Origin: a virus
Direction: 5' to 3' (one strand)
DNA: 64,000 bases
Virus record (IMG/VR): IMGVR_UViG_3300005805_000044
Every line of letters starts with the position of its first letter. The first letter of the stretch is position 1. The notes beneath the pieces were generated by a model, which was given only the letters and a program-made list of their open reading frames with translations, did no database searches and was not told the DNA's origin. The position numbers were made by a program, and so were the translations under genes. Below are positions 38,201-47,477 of this stretch, one piece after another.

Positions 38201-41200
38201 TTATTCACTGAAACTTGCACCAGTTGGTAGAATGTTGAAGTCAAGCAAGATGAATTCAGCAGTTCTAGTTGGTTGAATGTAGATTTGACCATATAGGATA
38301 TTTCTATCAATTAGGTCAGGTGTATTGTTTTCAGCATCCATCTTAACTTGGTAAGCATAGATACCATTACGTTGTTGAACACTCTCCAAGTATGGATTGA
38401 CGATACTCAAGAAACGGTTACGAGTTGAAGCAACATTTTGTTCAAACACCAAGTAGTTGCTTGAACTTGCGATAAACTTCTTCAAGTTGATCAACAAACG
38501 ACGAACATTGATACGATCCAAGGCACTTGGAGCAATTTGTAGAGTCTTTTGACCCCAAACTACGATACCTTGACCTGGGAATGCTGCGATTGGGTTCACA
38601 CGATTCTCATATAGAGTGTCACGTTCAGCATGTGTCAATCTGTCTAGGACTTGAACAGCTTGTGGGATACCACCACGATTTAGACCGGCTGGAGCATACC
38701 ATTCTGCAGCAGCATTGTCGTTAGCAGCATAAACTGCTGGCAACACTACTGAAGGAGGAACACTGATAATCTTATTCAAGTTTGTATCCAAAATCTTGAC
38801 CCATGGATAGTAAGTTCCAACATAGTTACTATCAATTGTAGCAACAGTATTAATTGCTGCATCAATCAATCCTACGCTTTGATTACTTGCTGGGAAGACC
38901 ACGTTGTCCATAATGTAGAAACAATCACCACGAGCTTCACACATTGTGATTGTAATTTCTGTTACATAACTGTGTTGTTCACGGAAAATACCAGGCAACA
39001 CAATCAAGTTGATATCAAACTCATCAGCATTGCCTAGAGCAGCAATACATTGTTTGTAAGCAATACTACCTGGACTCTTGATAGTAGCACAATCCAAACC
39101 TTGAGTATTACCAGCAGTGATGTCAGATCCAACATTAATTGGAATTGCTGGCCATTGTCCATCAAATCCACCTTGGAATCCTACAACAAATTTACGTAGT
39201 TTTACATAAATTGGTTCGTTGACTGGATCGTATACACTTGGAATACTACCACTCAAACTTGGAGCCAAGATCGAACCAGTGCTTTCTGATACGCCTTGAG
39301 CATAGTATGAACTATCTGTAGTTCCATACACTTTTGCTTCAAGATCGAAATCGATATTATCACCGTTTGAATCAGCACTACCAAAATATGGAAGTGGTTT
39401 GAAGTATTGTTTAGTATTATTTTCAACACCAACTGCGAACGAAGATGTTGGATATAGATAAGCTAGTTCTTCACTTGCTTCTGGAACTTCACCAAACACC
39501 GTTCCAGATGGATACTTACCTGGGGCAAGACCATAAATACTTGCCTTACTATAACGAACTGCTGGCAACAAGTTGCTCAAAGTTCCGTCAACAGGGGCGG
39601 AGTATGCTTGGAATCCATATGGAATTACAACCTCAGGGTAAGCAACATCAGTCATTTCAATTCTGATATACTTACTCAAGTTGACATATGTTCCATATTC
39701 AACAATCTTACCGGCGAATGTAATGTAAGCATAACGATCACCAATACGACGTGCAACGAAGTTAGGACTATCTGGATCAAGATTCAAGTTTTGGAAAATT
39801 TCCAAATACTTTGGACGTTTATCGGTGTCACTGTAAGCACGAACTGCGAGGGTGAATGAACCCCAAGCACTACCTGGAACAGTGCCAGCCAATTTAACGT
39901 TGTTAATTTCAATCTTATACTTCTTGTTGCTCAATGTGCCATCACTTAAAGTGTGAACCTTGAACAATTGGAATTTAGTTGGAGTAGCAGCTTCATCAGC
40001 ACTACCCTTGAATGGAGCAATTTGTTGACTATAGATCCATGGTGTTTTTGCATTTGTAATAGCAAATTGTGAATCACCAGTATTTGGATCTAGTGAATAT
40101 TGATCCAAAAACTTCATTGATTCACCAACACTGAATGAAGCGGATGGAGCTGTAGTTACACGTAGTCTCCAACCACCACCCTCAGCATTTGGACGGGTCT
40201 TTTGAGCAACAACTTGTTTTATTGTATCTTCAAAGAGAACATAATTGTATGCTGCTTCAACTTTTTGACCTTGAACTTGTTTTGCTGGATTACCAACAGT
40301 TGGGTCAATACCGAACACATCCTTGATGTAGTTATTATCATCTTCATTCAAACTGAAGTCATAATAACCATATGTTCCAGCAAATACATTACTATCAGCA
40401 TCTGTGAAACTATAGTTCAAGATCAACTGATAGATGTTTTCGTTAGGATTGATATTACCTTCATATGGATATACTGAACTTGTCAATTGACTGACAGTTG
40501 AGGTATCAAATCCATATACTTCATAATCACTACTGAATTGAGTAGAAGCATTTTGAGTATTTGCCAAAACAGCCATTACCACTGACTTACGACCAGTAGT
40601 AGATGGATTACATGGATCTGAACCACCTGCACCGTCAGCTTCGAAATTACCAGTGAATGCGCCATAAGATCCAGAGATTAGACCCAAGAATCTCAAAGCA
40701 GCACCACAAGTAGCAGCACTACGAACTGTGGCAAAACTTGCGCTTTGAACATACAATGTGCTGGTAGCATCAAATGTGGCTTGATCGTAAGCAAGACTAA
40801 TGTTACTCAAAGTTGAACTAATGTTCAAAATACTTGAAGTCAATTTGAAATCAGTCTCTGTGCTTTCTTGAATTGCTTGTGCAATTTGATCATTAGGAGT
40901 TGCATCAGAACCTTGAATACTAGAAGTCAACTTAAAGTAACCAACTGCACCTGATGGTAGAGATTCACCGGTAAAATATCTGGCAAGATATCCAGATTCT
41001 ACAGTTCCAAGAGTAACTTGTTTACCTGCATATAATTTACTACCACTCAATTGACCGGTTCCGTCATAATCTGATGGATAATCACTAGTCAAAGCAGCAC
41101 TACCAAATCTTGCATTGATACTACCACTAAATTTTAGACGTGAGTTATCATATGATACAACAGAATCAAATCCGTTTTCATTAGATTCGTCTGGATCATA

Positions 41201-42172
41201 TGCACTTACAGTGACGTTGGTTCCAGCTGGAATTGCTGTTGCAAGAACAACAAATGGCCATTTGACTTGTGCTCCACTCTTGATGATAGAAGCAGTCAAA
41301 TAAGATGCGGAAGCATTTGATGAGAATGTTTTTGAAGTTCCATCCCAAGTTCCGTGAATATTTTCATCAATTGCTCTTGTTGTCAAACCTGCACTGCTTG
41401 TGACATACAAACTACCTGATGGAATCCATTGTGTTACATCAAACCAAGCAAGAGTATAATCTATACTACTATTAGTTGGTTGAACTGGATAACCACCAGC
41501 AACAGCTGATGCACTGAATGCTGTGTAAGCATTTGTAGAAGTAATTGTTACAAGCTTTCTGGCACCCAATAGTGATGCCAAAGATGCTGACAAATCACTA
41601 ATGTATGTTAAATTTTGATTGCTACTCAAGAAACTTGTAATTTCAGCTGCGGTAGTTAATGTTCCAGTTACTTGCAAACCACCATCTGGTGTTGCTTGAT
41701 ATGTAGAAGAACCACTAAGTAGATAACCAGAAGCGGTATGTTCGTATTGAATATTAGCAGTATAATCTCCGCTGTCCAAATACATGAATGATGCGGTGGT
41801 TAATGCTCCAATATCATCAGTTCTGGTCCATTGACCAGGCTCAGCATATACAATCAATGGATTCTTTTGCCAATAACCAGTCAATCCACCTACGCGGACG
41901 ACTGTCACAATACCTTGCTGTATAAGATATTCTTTGGCTGTATATGGTCCGTAGTAAACACCGTCGGCGAGACCGAAACGTTGTTCTAGTGTTGCTACGT
42001 CTGTGATAATATTTGGGAAAAACGCAGGTCCGTCAGCAAACGGAGCCACGATTGCACCACCTATGTTGGCTACGCCTTGGGCTAGCCCCGATAAGTCATT
42101 TTCTCTGGTGAATACACCAGGACTTACTATTTGTTGTGTTGGACTCCATCGTCCACCTTCTTGAATTGGCAT
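38201..42172 (-). CDS. Tail sheath protein (T4 gp18-like) with large insertions
   Basis: VSPGVFTREND, WYAPAGLNRG, LYENRVNPI, VWGQKTL, DRINVRRL, QPTRTAEFI; 1323 aa. Confidence 0.95.
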   Translation of the reverse strand: MPIQEGGRWSPTQQIVSPGVFTRENDLSGLAQGVANIGGAIVAPFADGPAFFPNIITDVATLEQRFGLADGVYYGPYTAKEYLIQQGIVTVVRVGGLTGYWQKNPLIVYAEPGQWTRTDDIGALTTASFMYLDSGDYTANIQYEHTASGYLLSGSSTYQATPDGGLQVTGTLTTAAEITSFLSSNQNLTYISDLSASLASLLGARKLVTITSTNAYTAFSASAVAGGYPVQPTNSSIDYTLAWFDVTQWIPSGSLYVTSSAGLTTRAIDENIHGTWDGTSKTFSSNASASYLTASIIKSGAQVKWPFVVLATAIPAGTNVTVSAYDPDESNENGFDSVVSYDNSRLKFSGSINARFGSAALTSDYPSDYDGTGQLSGSKLYAGKQVTLGTVESGYLARYFTGESLPSGAVGYFKLTSSIQGSDATPNDQIAQAIQESTETDFKLTSSILNISSTLSNISLAYDQATFDATSTLYVQSASFATVRSAATCGAALRFLGLISGSYGAFTGNFEADGAGGSDPCNPSTTGRKSVVMAVLANTQNASTQFSSDYEVYGFDTSTVSQLTSSVYPYEGNINPNENIYQLILNYSFTDADSNVFAGTYGYYDFSLNEDDNNYIKDVFGIDPTVGNPAKQVQGQKVEAAYNYVLFEDTIKQVVAQKTRPNAEGGGWRLRVTTAPSASFSVGESMKFLDQYSLDPNTGDSQFAITNAKTPWIYSQQIAPFKGSADEAATPTKFQLFKVHTLSDGTLSNKKYKIEINNVKLAGTVPGSAWGSFTLAVRAYSDTDKRPKYLEIFQNLNLDPDSPNFVARRIGDRYAYITFAGKIVEYGTYVNLSKYIRIEMTDVAYPEVVIPYGFQAYSAPVDGTLSNLLPAVRYSKASIYGLAPGKYPSGTVFGEVPEASEELAYLYPTSSFAVGVENNTKQYFKPLPYFGSADSNGDNIDFDLEAKVYGTTDSSYYAQGVSESTGSILAPSLSGSIPSVYDPVNEPIYVKLRKFVVGFQGGFDGQWPAIPINVGSDITAGNTQGLDCATIKSPGSIAYKQCIAALGNADEFDINLIVLPGIFREQHSYVTEITITMCEARGDCFYIMDNVVFPASNQSVGLIDAAINTVATIDSNYVGTYYPWVKILDTNLNKIISVPPSVVLPAVYAANDNAAAEWYAPAGLNRGGIPQAVQVLDRLTHAERDTLYENRVNPIAAFPGQGIVVWGQKTLQIAPSALDRINVRRLLINLKKFIASSSNYLVFEQNVASTRNRFLSIVNPYLESVQQRNGIYAYQVKMDAENNTPDLIDRNILYGQIYIQPTRTAEFILLDFNILPTGASFSE

Positions 42173-42200
42173 AATTTATGTTCCTTTCAGAGTGTCAACT

Positions 42201-42235
42201 TAACTTTTCCAAAAGTTATGTTTACTTTATAAATA
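42201..42235 (-). promoter_or_regulatory. TATTTATA motif plus leader hairpin of the sheath gene
   Basis: Motif 42228-42235; inverted repeat TAACTTTT-N2-AAAAGTTA 42201-42218; SD-like GAAAGGAA. Confidence 0.5.
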
Positions 42236-42287
42236 TTACCAAAAAAGTGGAACACCTAACTATTTATAATATCTTAATTTTTTTTTA

Positions 42288-45200
42288 TTAAAAATCGATT
42301 TTGCTATACCCATTTTCTTTTTTAATCTCCAGATGCATATCTACCATGTCTCTCATTTGATCTAAATGACTAATAATCCATATAAATTCAAATTGGTGTT
42401 TCAAATAAGTAAACAAAGCGCCCATCTGTCCCAAATGATCACTGTCAGCACAACCGAACCCTTCATCAATACAAATAATATTGGGTCTTGGTAGATTACT
42501 AATATTGATCAATGCCACTCGTATAGCTAATCCACTAATAAACTTTTCCATACCACTTGCCATTTCCAAAGGCCAACGTTTATCATCATAAATAATGTTA
42601 GTCATGATATTTTTACCGTCTGTATTGAGAGATATGGTAAATTCTACAATTTGATGAAGAATATTATTAACTTCTTTCTCAATTTCAGGCAAAGTCTTGG
42701 TAATCACATCATAAGGAATACCATCACGACTAATAACCGCAGTATATAACTTATATGATTCGTAACTTTCTTCAAGTTCTTTAACTTTATTTAATTGATC
42801 GGTAGTGTTCTTATACTGAAGTGCCAACTTACCTTTTTCAGTAGAAGCATTCATCAAGTTATAATTAATAGACTTAATCACACCTTCTACAGATTTGAGA
42901 TTGGTCTTGACTTCTTCAATTTGTTCCAACAACTTTGAATTGTTTTCAATAATATCTTTATTTTTATAGAAAGACTCAATATCTTTAATAATTTGTTTGT
43001 ATTCAGACTTTAGTGTGACCAAATACTTTTCATCTCTAAGCATTGCGGTTGTAATAACTTCACGTTTCTTTTCCAAGACAACTTTTTGATTATTGGTAGT
43101 CTTACATTCTTGATATTCAGCTTCTATATCACCATATGAATCAACTTGTTGTTTGATATTATTATACTCACCAACAATCTTGGAAGCATTTAATTTCTCA
43201 ACTTCCAAATCTTTCTTTGTAGCAATAGCATCTTTTACGAACACGTTGTTGACACAAAAATCACAGTTTGGATCATACTTGTGTTCTTCAAGTTTCTTTA
43301 ACTTTTCGACCTTGTTCTTGATAACCAATTTAAGCTTATCAATTTCAGACTCTTTGGAATCTTGAAGTTTCTTGGCCTTCTTATACTCTTCATACTTTGA
43401 ATCAATATCCTCACATGCCTTCAAAGAAGAACTCAACTGTTGAAGAGAACTTTCAACATCGGTTAGTTTATTTTTATATTCAACAATACCATTTTCAAAA
43501 GTCTGGATCTTATTATCATATTCAATCTTCTTGGATTCCAAAGATTCAATATCATCCGATTTGATATCATCCAATCTAACAATATTCTTACTCAACTGAA
43601 GAAGATTATTGTTATGTTGTTCTTTAATCTGTTCTTGTTCACTTAAATCTTGATTAAACTGCTCAATATTTTTAATGTTTAAATCAATACTACCAGATAT
43701 AGTTTGGAGTTCATTTTCCAATGTATCCTTACTAACATTCTTTAATAGAGTGTTTGTCTCTTTGAAGTTTTCGTTGGCAATATTGAACAACTGATCAAAA
43801 ACATTCAGACCCATAAACTGACACAACAAGTCCTTACGTTCAGTCTGACCCAAATCGATGAAAGATCCAGCCTTACTGTTTTGAACACTCAATACAGTCA
43901 AAATAAAATCATCATATGTTCCCACATAATCTCTGATAATGTCGTTGGTGCTTCTACGAGCTTCACCATTTAGTGGCACTTCGTTGCCGTCCTTGTCAAT
44001 CTTGTAGAATTTAACATCGACCTTGACGCTGCCTTTCTTATCAGCTTTACCTTCACGTTCAATATAATAATCAACGCCGCTCACCTCAAAATTGAACTTA
44101 CATTTGAAGCTCATTTTTTGTGTATTGAGAACATGACTTGCCTTATATCCTTTACTAAATTTATCAAATACACAAAACGCCAAAGCATCCATGATACTAG
44201 ACTTACCACTTGCATTTGGAGCAAACAAACCAATAGTTCCCTTTAGTTTGGTAAAATCGATGTAATTACCTTCACCGTAACTAAACATATTATCAAATTC
44301 AAAGATCTTTGGTTTCCATCGAATATTCTTTGGAGTTTTATCTCTCGGAATTTGTGTATTGATTGTTTTGTTAAGTTCTTTAACTTTCTCAATCAATGAT
44401 GGTTGAACTTTCTTTGACTTGAGACTATCCTCAATCAATTTGTTTTGATAATCTACATTAAAAATGTTATGAATATCAAGAACGTGAGTAGACTTGTTTG
44501 TATTATAATCAAACTCATCAATTCTAATAAATGTAGACTCAAGAATCTCACATTTGTCTTTGATATCATTCATCACTTCTTTTACTTGAGAAGGAATAGA
44601 CTCAAAACACTTGGTTCTGATACGTGCCTTCTTGGGCAAATCAGAAAGATCAGTAGTCAACTGACCCTTATTGATTTCAACAGTATAAAATCCATAATCA
44701 TTTGGAAGTTCATAGTGTTTATACAACTTACGTTTCAAATCCCACAACAAAAATCCATGACCCCTGAGTTCCTCACCATGATTTTGTTGAATCATTGAAC
44801 CAGCATACACAATAACAGGCTTGGAAGTATCTTCATCATACTCTTGAAGAATTTGATGTTTATGAATATCTCCCAACATAACCATATGATGACCGTCAAA
44901 TAAGTCATTCATGATAGTTCTGTTACTGACCGTATAACCAACGTCGGTTACAGCATCATTAACTGGACCGTGGAATAGTGCGATGTGATGATCAGTTTCC
45001 ACCTTATACCTTGAAGGAATGGTGTAATAGTTGATATACTTATCTGGTTCATCAAACACGCTGAAATGATTGAACAAAATATTTTCATATCTAAACGTAT
45101 CACTTGGTTTTAAATAAAATAGATTGGTATGTTGAAGCGCATCAACAATAGGAGTCAAACAATCCAATCGTGACTTATTTGCAAGTGTAGCATCATGGTT

Positions 45201-45476
45201 ACCCGCAATCAGTATTGTGGGAACACGGTCTGCGCAATTCTTGAGAAAGTCACTACCAATCTTGACACACTCTGGACTCAAATCGGATTTGTTGTGAAAT
45301 ACGTCGCCAGTAATCACACAAATCAAATTGGTGTTTTTCTTCAACTTGTCCAATACAGTGTAAAATCTCTCAAACACTGAGAGATATTCGTCGTGACGTT
45401 TTGTGAGCCTAATATGAATATCAGACACTTGAACAACATTGTCAATTTTACCGCCTGTATTTTTTAATACTATCAT
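42288..45476 (-). CDS. Fused Mre11/SbcD nuclease and Rad50/SbcC ATPase (T4 gp47-gp46 equivalent)
   Basis: SDIH, GDVFH, GNHD, GDIH; Walker A APNASGKS; zinc hook CDFC; ASGME; Walker B IDEGFG. Confidence 0.9.
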   Translation of the reverse strand: MIVLKNTGGKIDNVVQVSDIHIRLTKRHDEYLSVFERFYTVLDKLKKNTNLICVITGDVFHNKSDLSPECVKIGSDFLKNCADRVPTILIAGNHDATLANKSRLDCLTPIVDALQHTNLFYLKPSDTFRYENILFNHFSVFDEPDKYINYYTIPSRYKVETDHHIALFHGPVNDAVTDVGYTVSNRTIMNDLFDGHHMVMLGDIHKHQILQEYDEDTSKPVIVYAGSMIQQNHGEELRGHGFLLWDLKRKLYKHYELPNDYGFYTVEINKGQLTTDLSDLPKKARIRTKCFESIPSQVKEVMNDIKDKCEILESTFIRIDEFDYNTNKSTHVLDIHNIFNVDYQNKLIEDSLKSKKVQPSLIEKVKELNKTINTQIPRDKTPKNIRWKPKIFEFDNMFSYGEGNYIDFTKLKGTIGLFAPNASGKSSIMDALAFCVFDKFSKGYKASHVLNTQKMSFKCKFNFEVSGVDYYIEREGKADKKGSVKVDVKFYKIDKDGNEVPLNGEARRSTNDIIRDYVGTYDDFILTVLSVQNSKAGSFIDLGQTERKDLLCQFMGLNVFDQLFNIANENFKETNTLLKNVSKDTLENELQTISGSIDLNIKNIEQFNQDLSEQEQIKEQHNNNLLQLSKNIVRLDDIKSDDIESLESKKIEYDNKIQTFENGIVEYKNKLTDVESSLQQLSSSLKACEDIDSKYEEYKKAKKLQDSKESEIDKLKLVIKNKVEKLKKLEEHKYDPNCDFCVNNVFVKDAIATKKDLEVEKLNASKIVGEYNNIKQQVDSYGDIEAEYQECKTTNNQKVVLEKKREVITTAMLRDEKYLVTLKSEYKQIIKDIESFYKNKDIIENNSKLLEQIEEVKTNLKSVEGVIKSINYNLMNASTEKGKLALQYKNTTDQLNKVKELEESYESYKLYTAVISRDGIPYDVITKTLPEIEKEVNNILHQIVEFTISLNTDGKNIMTNIIYDDKRWPLEMASGMEKFISGLAIRVALINISNLPRPNIICIDEGFGCADSDHLGQMGALFTYLKHQFEFIWIISHLDQMRDMVDMHLEIKKENGYSKIDF

Positions 45477-46387
45477 ATTTTATTTTTAATTTTCAATTTG
45501 AATAAATCTCCGTCTGTTATCTTACCACTGGCATCTATGGCTTTCCAAGTATTTATATGTCCGAGTTCATTTGGATCTTTGCCATTCAACATAACAAGAT
45601 GTGCATCAATACCATTATGAATGAGAAATTCACAGATATCCAAACTACTCTTCAAAGCATCATTATCCAACAAAACATTCACTCTAGGTGGTTTCTGGTG
45701 AATCAATTTTATCTTTAACTTGTCTGATAAAGTTTTTCCAAACAGTGGAATAACATTATATTTTACAGAAAAAGCGTCAAATACACCCTCAACCAAAGTC
45801 ACTGGTTTGCTGAAATCTGTAAACAATTCAAAACCAATAATATCTTTAGTAGAGTCACACAATCTATATTTCATTTTACTATCATATACATCTCTACCAC
45901 AGTAAAAGTTCAATTCTCCGGTAGCAGAATACGATGGAATCACTACTCTATTTTTAAAAGTTCCATCAGTGCAATATCCAATATTATAACGAACAATATC
46001 ATACACTGTTAGACCCCGTTTAAAACAATAACTTAATGCGTGTTTATGAAATACTTCTGTAGATGCTTTGTATAAAGGTTTAAATTCAGAAGGTAACAAC
46101 AACTTCTTATTATCTGTTTTGTTCTTGGTTTTTGGAGCCTTGATCTTACATAGAATTTGATAATATTCTGATGGTGCCTTTATTTTATTTAGAAGACTCT
46201 TGAATCCTTTACCACCAAAATTACAAACCCAACAATGATAATATCCAGTTGTGGTATTTACGTTTAGTTTTCTTTTATAATGATTACAGTTAGGACAGAA
46301 AAACATCAACTCCGTTCCACCTTTTTGAATGGACGGTTTGTGTTTGAATAATCTGGTAAGTGTATCAATTATAGAAATTTCTACCAT
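45473..46387 (-). CDS. DNA primase (Zn-ribbon + TOPRIM)
   Basis: CPNC...HCWVC, RVVIP, LVEGVFDA, LLDND, KDPNEL. Confidence 0.85.
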   Translation of the reverse strand: MVEISIIDTLTRLFKHKPSIQKGGTELMFFCPNCNHYKRKLNVNTTTGYYHCWVCNFGGKGFKSLLNKIKAPSEYYQILCKIKAPKTKNKTDNKKLLLPSEFKPLYKASTEVFHKHALSYCFKRGLTVYDIVRYNIGYCTDGTFKNRVVIPSYSATGELNFYCGRDVYDSKMKYRLCDSTKDIIGFELFTDFSKPVTLVEGVFDAFSVKYNVIPLFGKTLSDKLKIKLIHQKPPRVNVLLDNDALKSSLDICEFLIHNGIDAHLVMLNGKDPNELGHINTWKAIDASGKITDGDLFKLKIKNKI

Positions 46388-46399
46388 AAGTCTTAGTTT

Positions 46400-46427
46400 A
46401 TATTACACGACAATCTGGTAGAATCAA
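46400..46427 (-). promoter_or_regulatory. Sigma70-like promoter candidate for primase and Mre11-Rad50
   Basis: Minus strand TTGATT-N16-TAATAT, 12 nt before ATG 46387; no TATTTATW motif here. Confidence 0.35.
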
Positions 46428-46431
46428 CTTT

Positions 46432-46944
46432 TTATTTTTCCGTATACATCGCACATACGATTCCATCATACATGTCACTGTTTCGTTCGTCCCAATTACC
46501 TTTTTTATTTTTTATGGTGAACTTGGTAACGTTCGGCATCATTTTTTCCAATTCGGCTTTTACAAAATCTTTTGGTTTAATGCCCTTAACTCTACATTTT
46601 CCAAATAAATGTTTACGCATTGTGGTGACACTTAATAAGTTAACTTTCTTTTTGAAGTGTTCTTCCAAAATATAAGCAAATACAGCGTTATGTCTTGCTA
46701 ATGTTATAATAACTTGTTGTGATGTAAATCCACCAGCAAATCCACTCAATGCAGCTTCAAGATTGATGTAATCAATTTTTTTGATGAGAGGAATTTTTTC
46801 TAATTCAGATATAACACGAAATGTCTTTTCTTTTGTAGTCTCTAATTTTTTAGTGTCAATGAAACCAGCATGTTCGATTTTTCCATCGACATTAAACGCC
46901 CATCCAGTAACTGATGTAGAAGAGTCTAAACCCAATATAACCAT
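46432..46944 (-). CDS. RuvC-like Holliday junction resolvase
   Basis: ILGLDSSTSVTGWA, INLE, C-terminal DMYDGI acidic residues. Confidence 0.8.
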   Translation of the reverse strand: MVILGLDSSTSVTGWAFNVDGKIEHAGFIDTKKLETTKEKTFRVISELEKIPLIKKIDYINLEAALSGFAGGFTSQQVIITLARHNAVFAYILEEHFKKKVNLLSVTTMRKHLFGKCRVKGIKPKDFVKAELEKMMPNVTKFTIKNKKGNWDERNSDMYDGIVCAMYTEK

Positions 46945-46958
46945 TAATAATAGATATA

Positions 46959-47444
46959 TTAACGAGTAAAAGAACCATTAATATATTTGTTGGAATTAAA
47001 TCCTTTTAAATATAAAGATAGTTGTCTTGATTGATTGCCAATAGCATCTTTGAATTGGGTAGAACCAACTGTTGTTTTCAATCTAAAACCGGGATCCACC
47101 GTATATAATGCATCTTTTACAGACGATTGTCCATTCCAATTAGTAGAAATTTTATTCACACCATCAGTTTTAACGCCGCCGTTAATAGTGTCACTATAAT
47201 TTAATGACTTCTGATTGAAATTTTCTGTGCCAGGAGTTACACCCAAAACAAATCCCTTAGATACAGTATATGATGTATCATATGTGCTTCCACCTAACGA
47301 CAACTCATTGGCTCCAGTAGTCTTGACGTTCTTTTGAACTGGTTGATATGCACCACCAGCAGGTTGACCAGCTTTATATCTATCGGCTAAACTGGTTTTA
47401 CTTGATTCACGATCAATTATTTTTGCATCGGTTGAAGTTGCCAT
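46959..47444 (-). CDS. Hypothetical protein with a weak internal repeat
   Basis: YTVSKGF...GTENF and YTVDPGF...GSTQF; motif at 47467-47474. Confidence 0.6.
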   Translation of the reverse strand: MATSTDAKIIDRESSKTSLADRYKAGQPAGGAYQPVQKNVKTTGANELSLGGSTYDTSYTVSKGFVLGVTPGTENFNQKSLNYSDTINGGVKTDGVNKISTNWNGQSSVKDALYTVDPGFRLKTTVGSTQFKDAIGNQSRQLSLYLKGFNSNKYINGSFTR

Positions 47445-47477
47445 ATATTTTTTGTGTTATCTTTATAATAAATAGGT

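Noticed and set aside
24173-45476. Introns or inteins in terminase, portal, capsid or nuclease
   Set aside because: ORFs are continuous, with no recognisable splicing motifs or homing endonucleases
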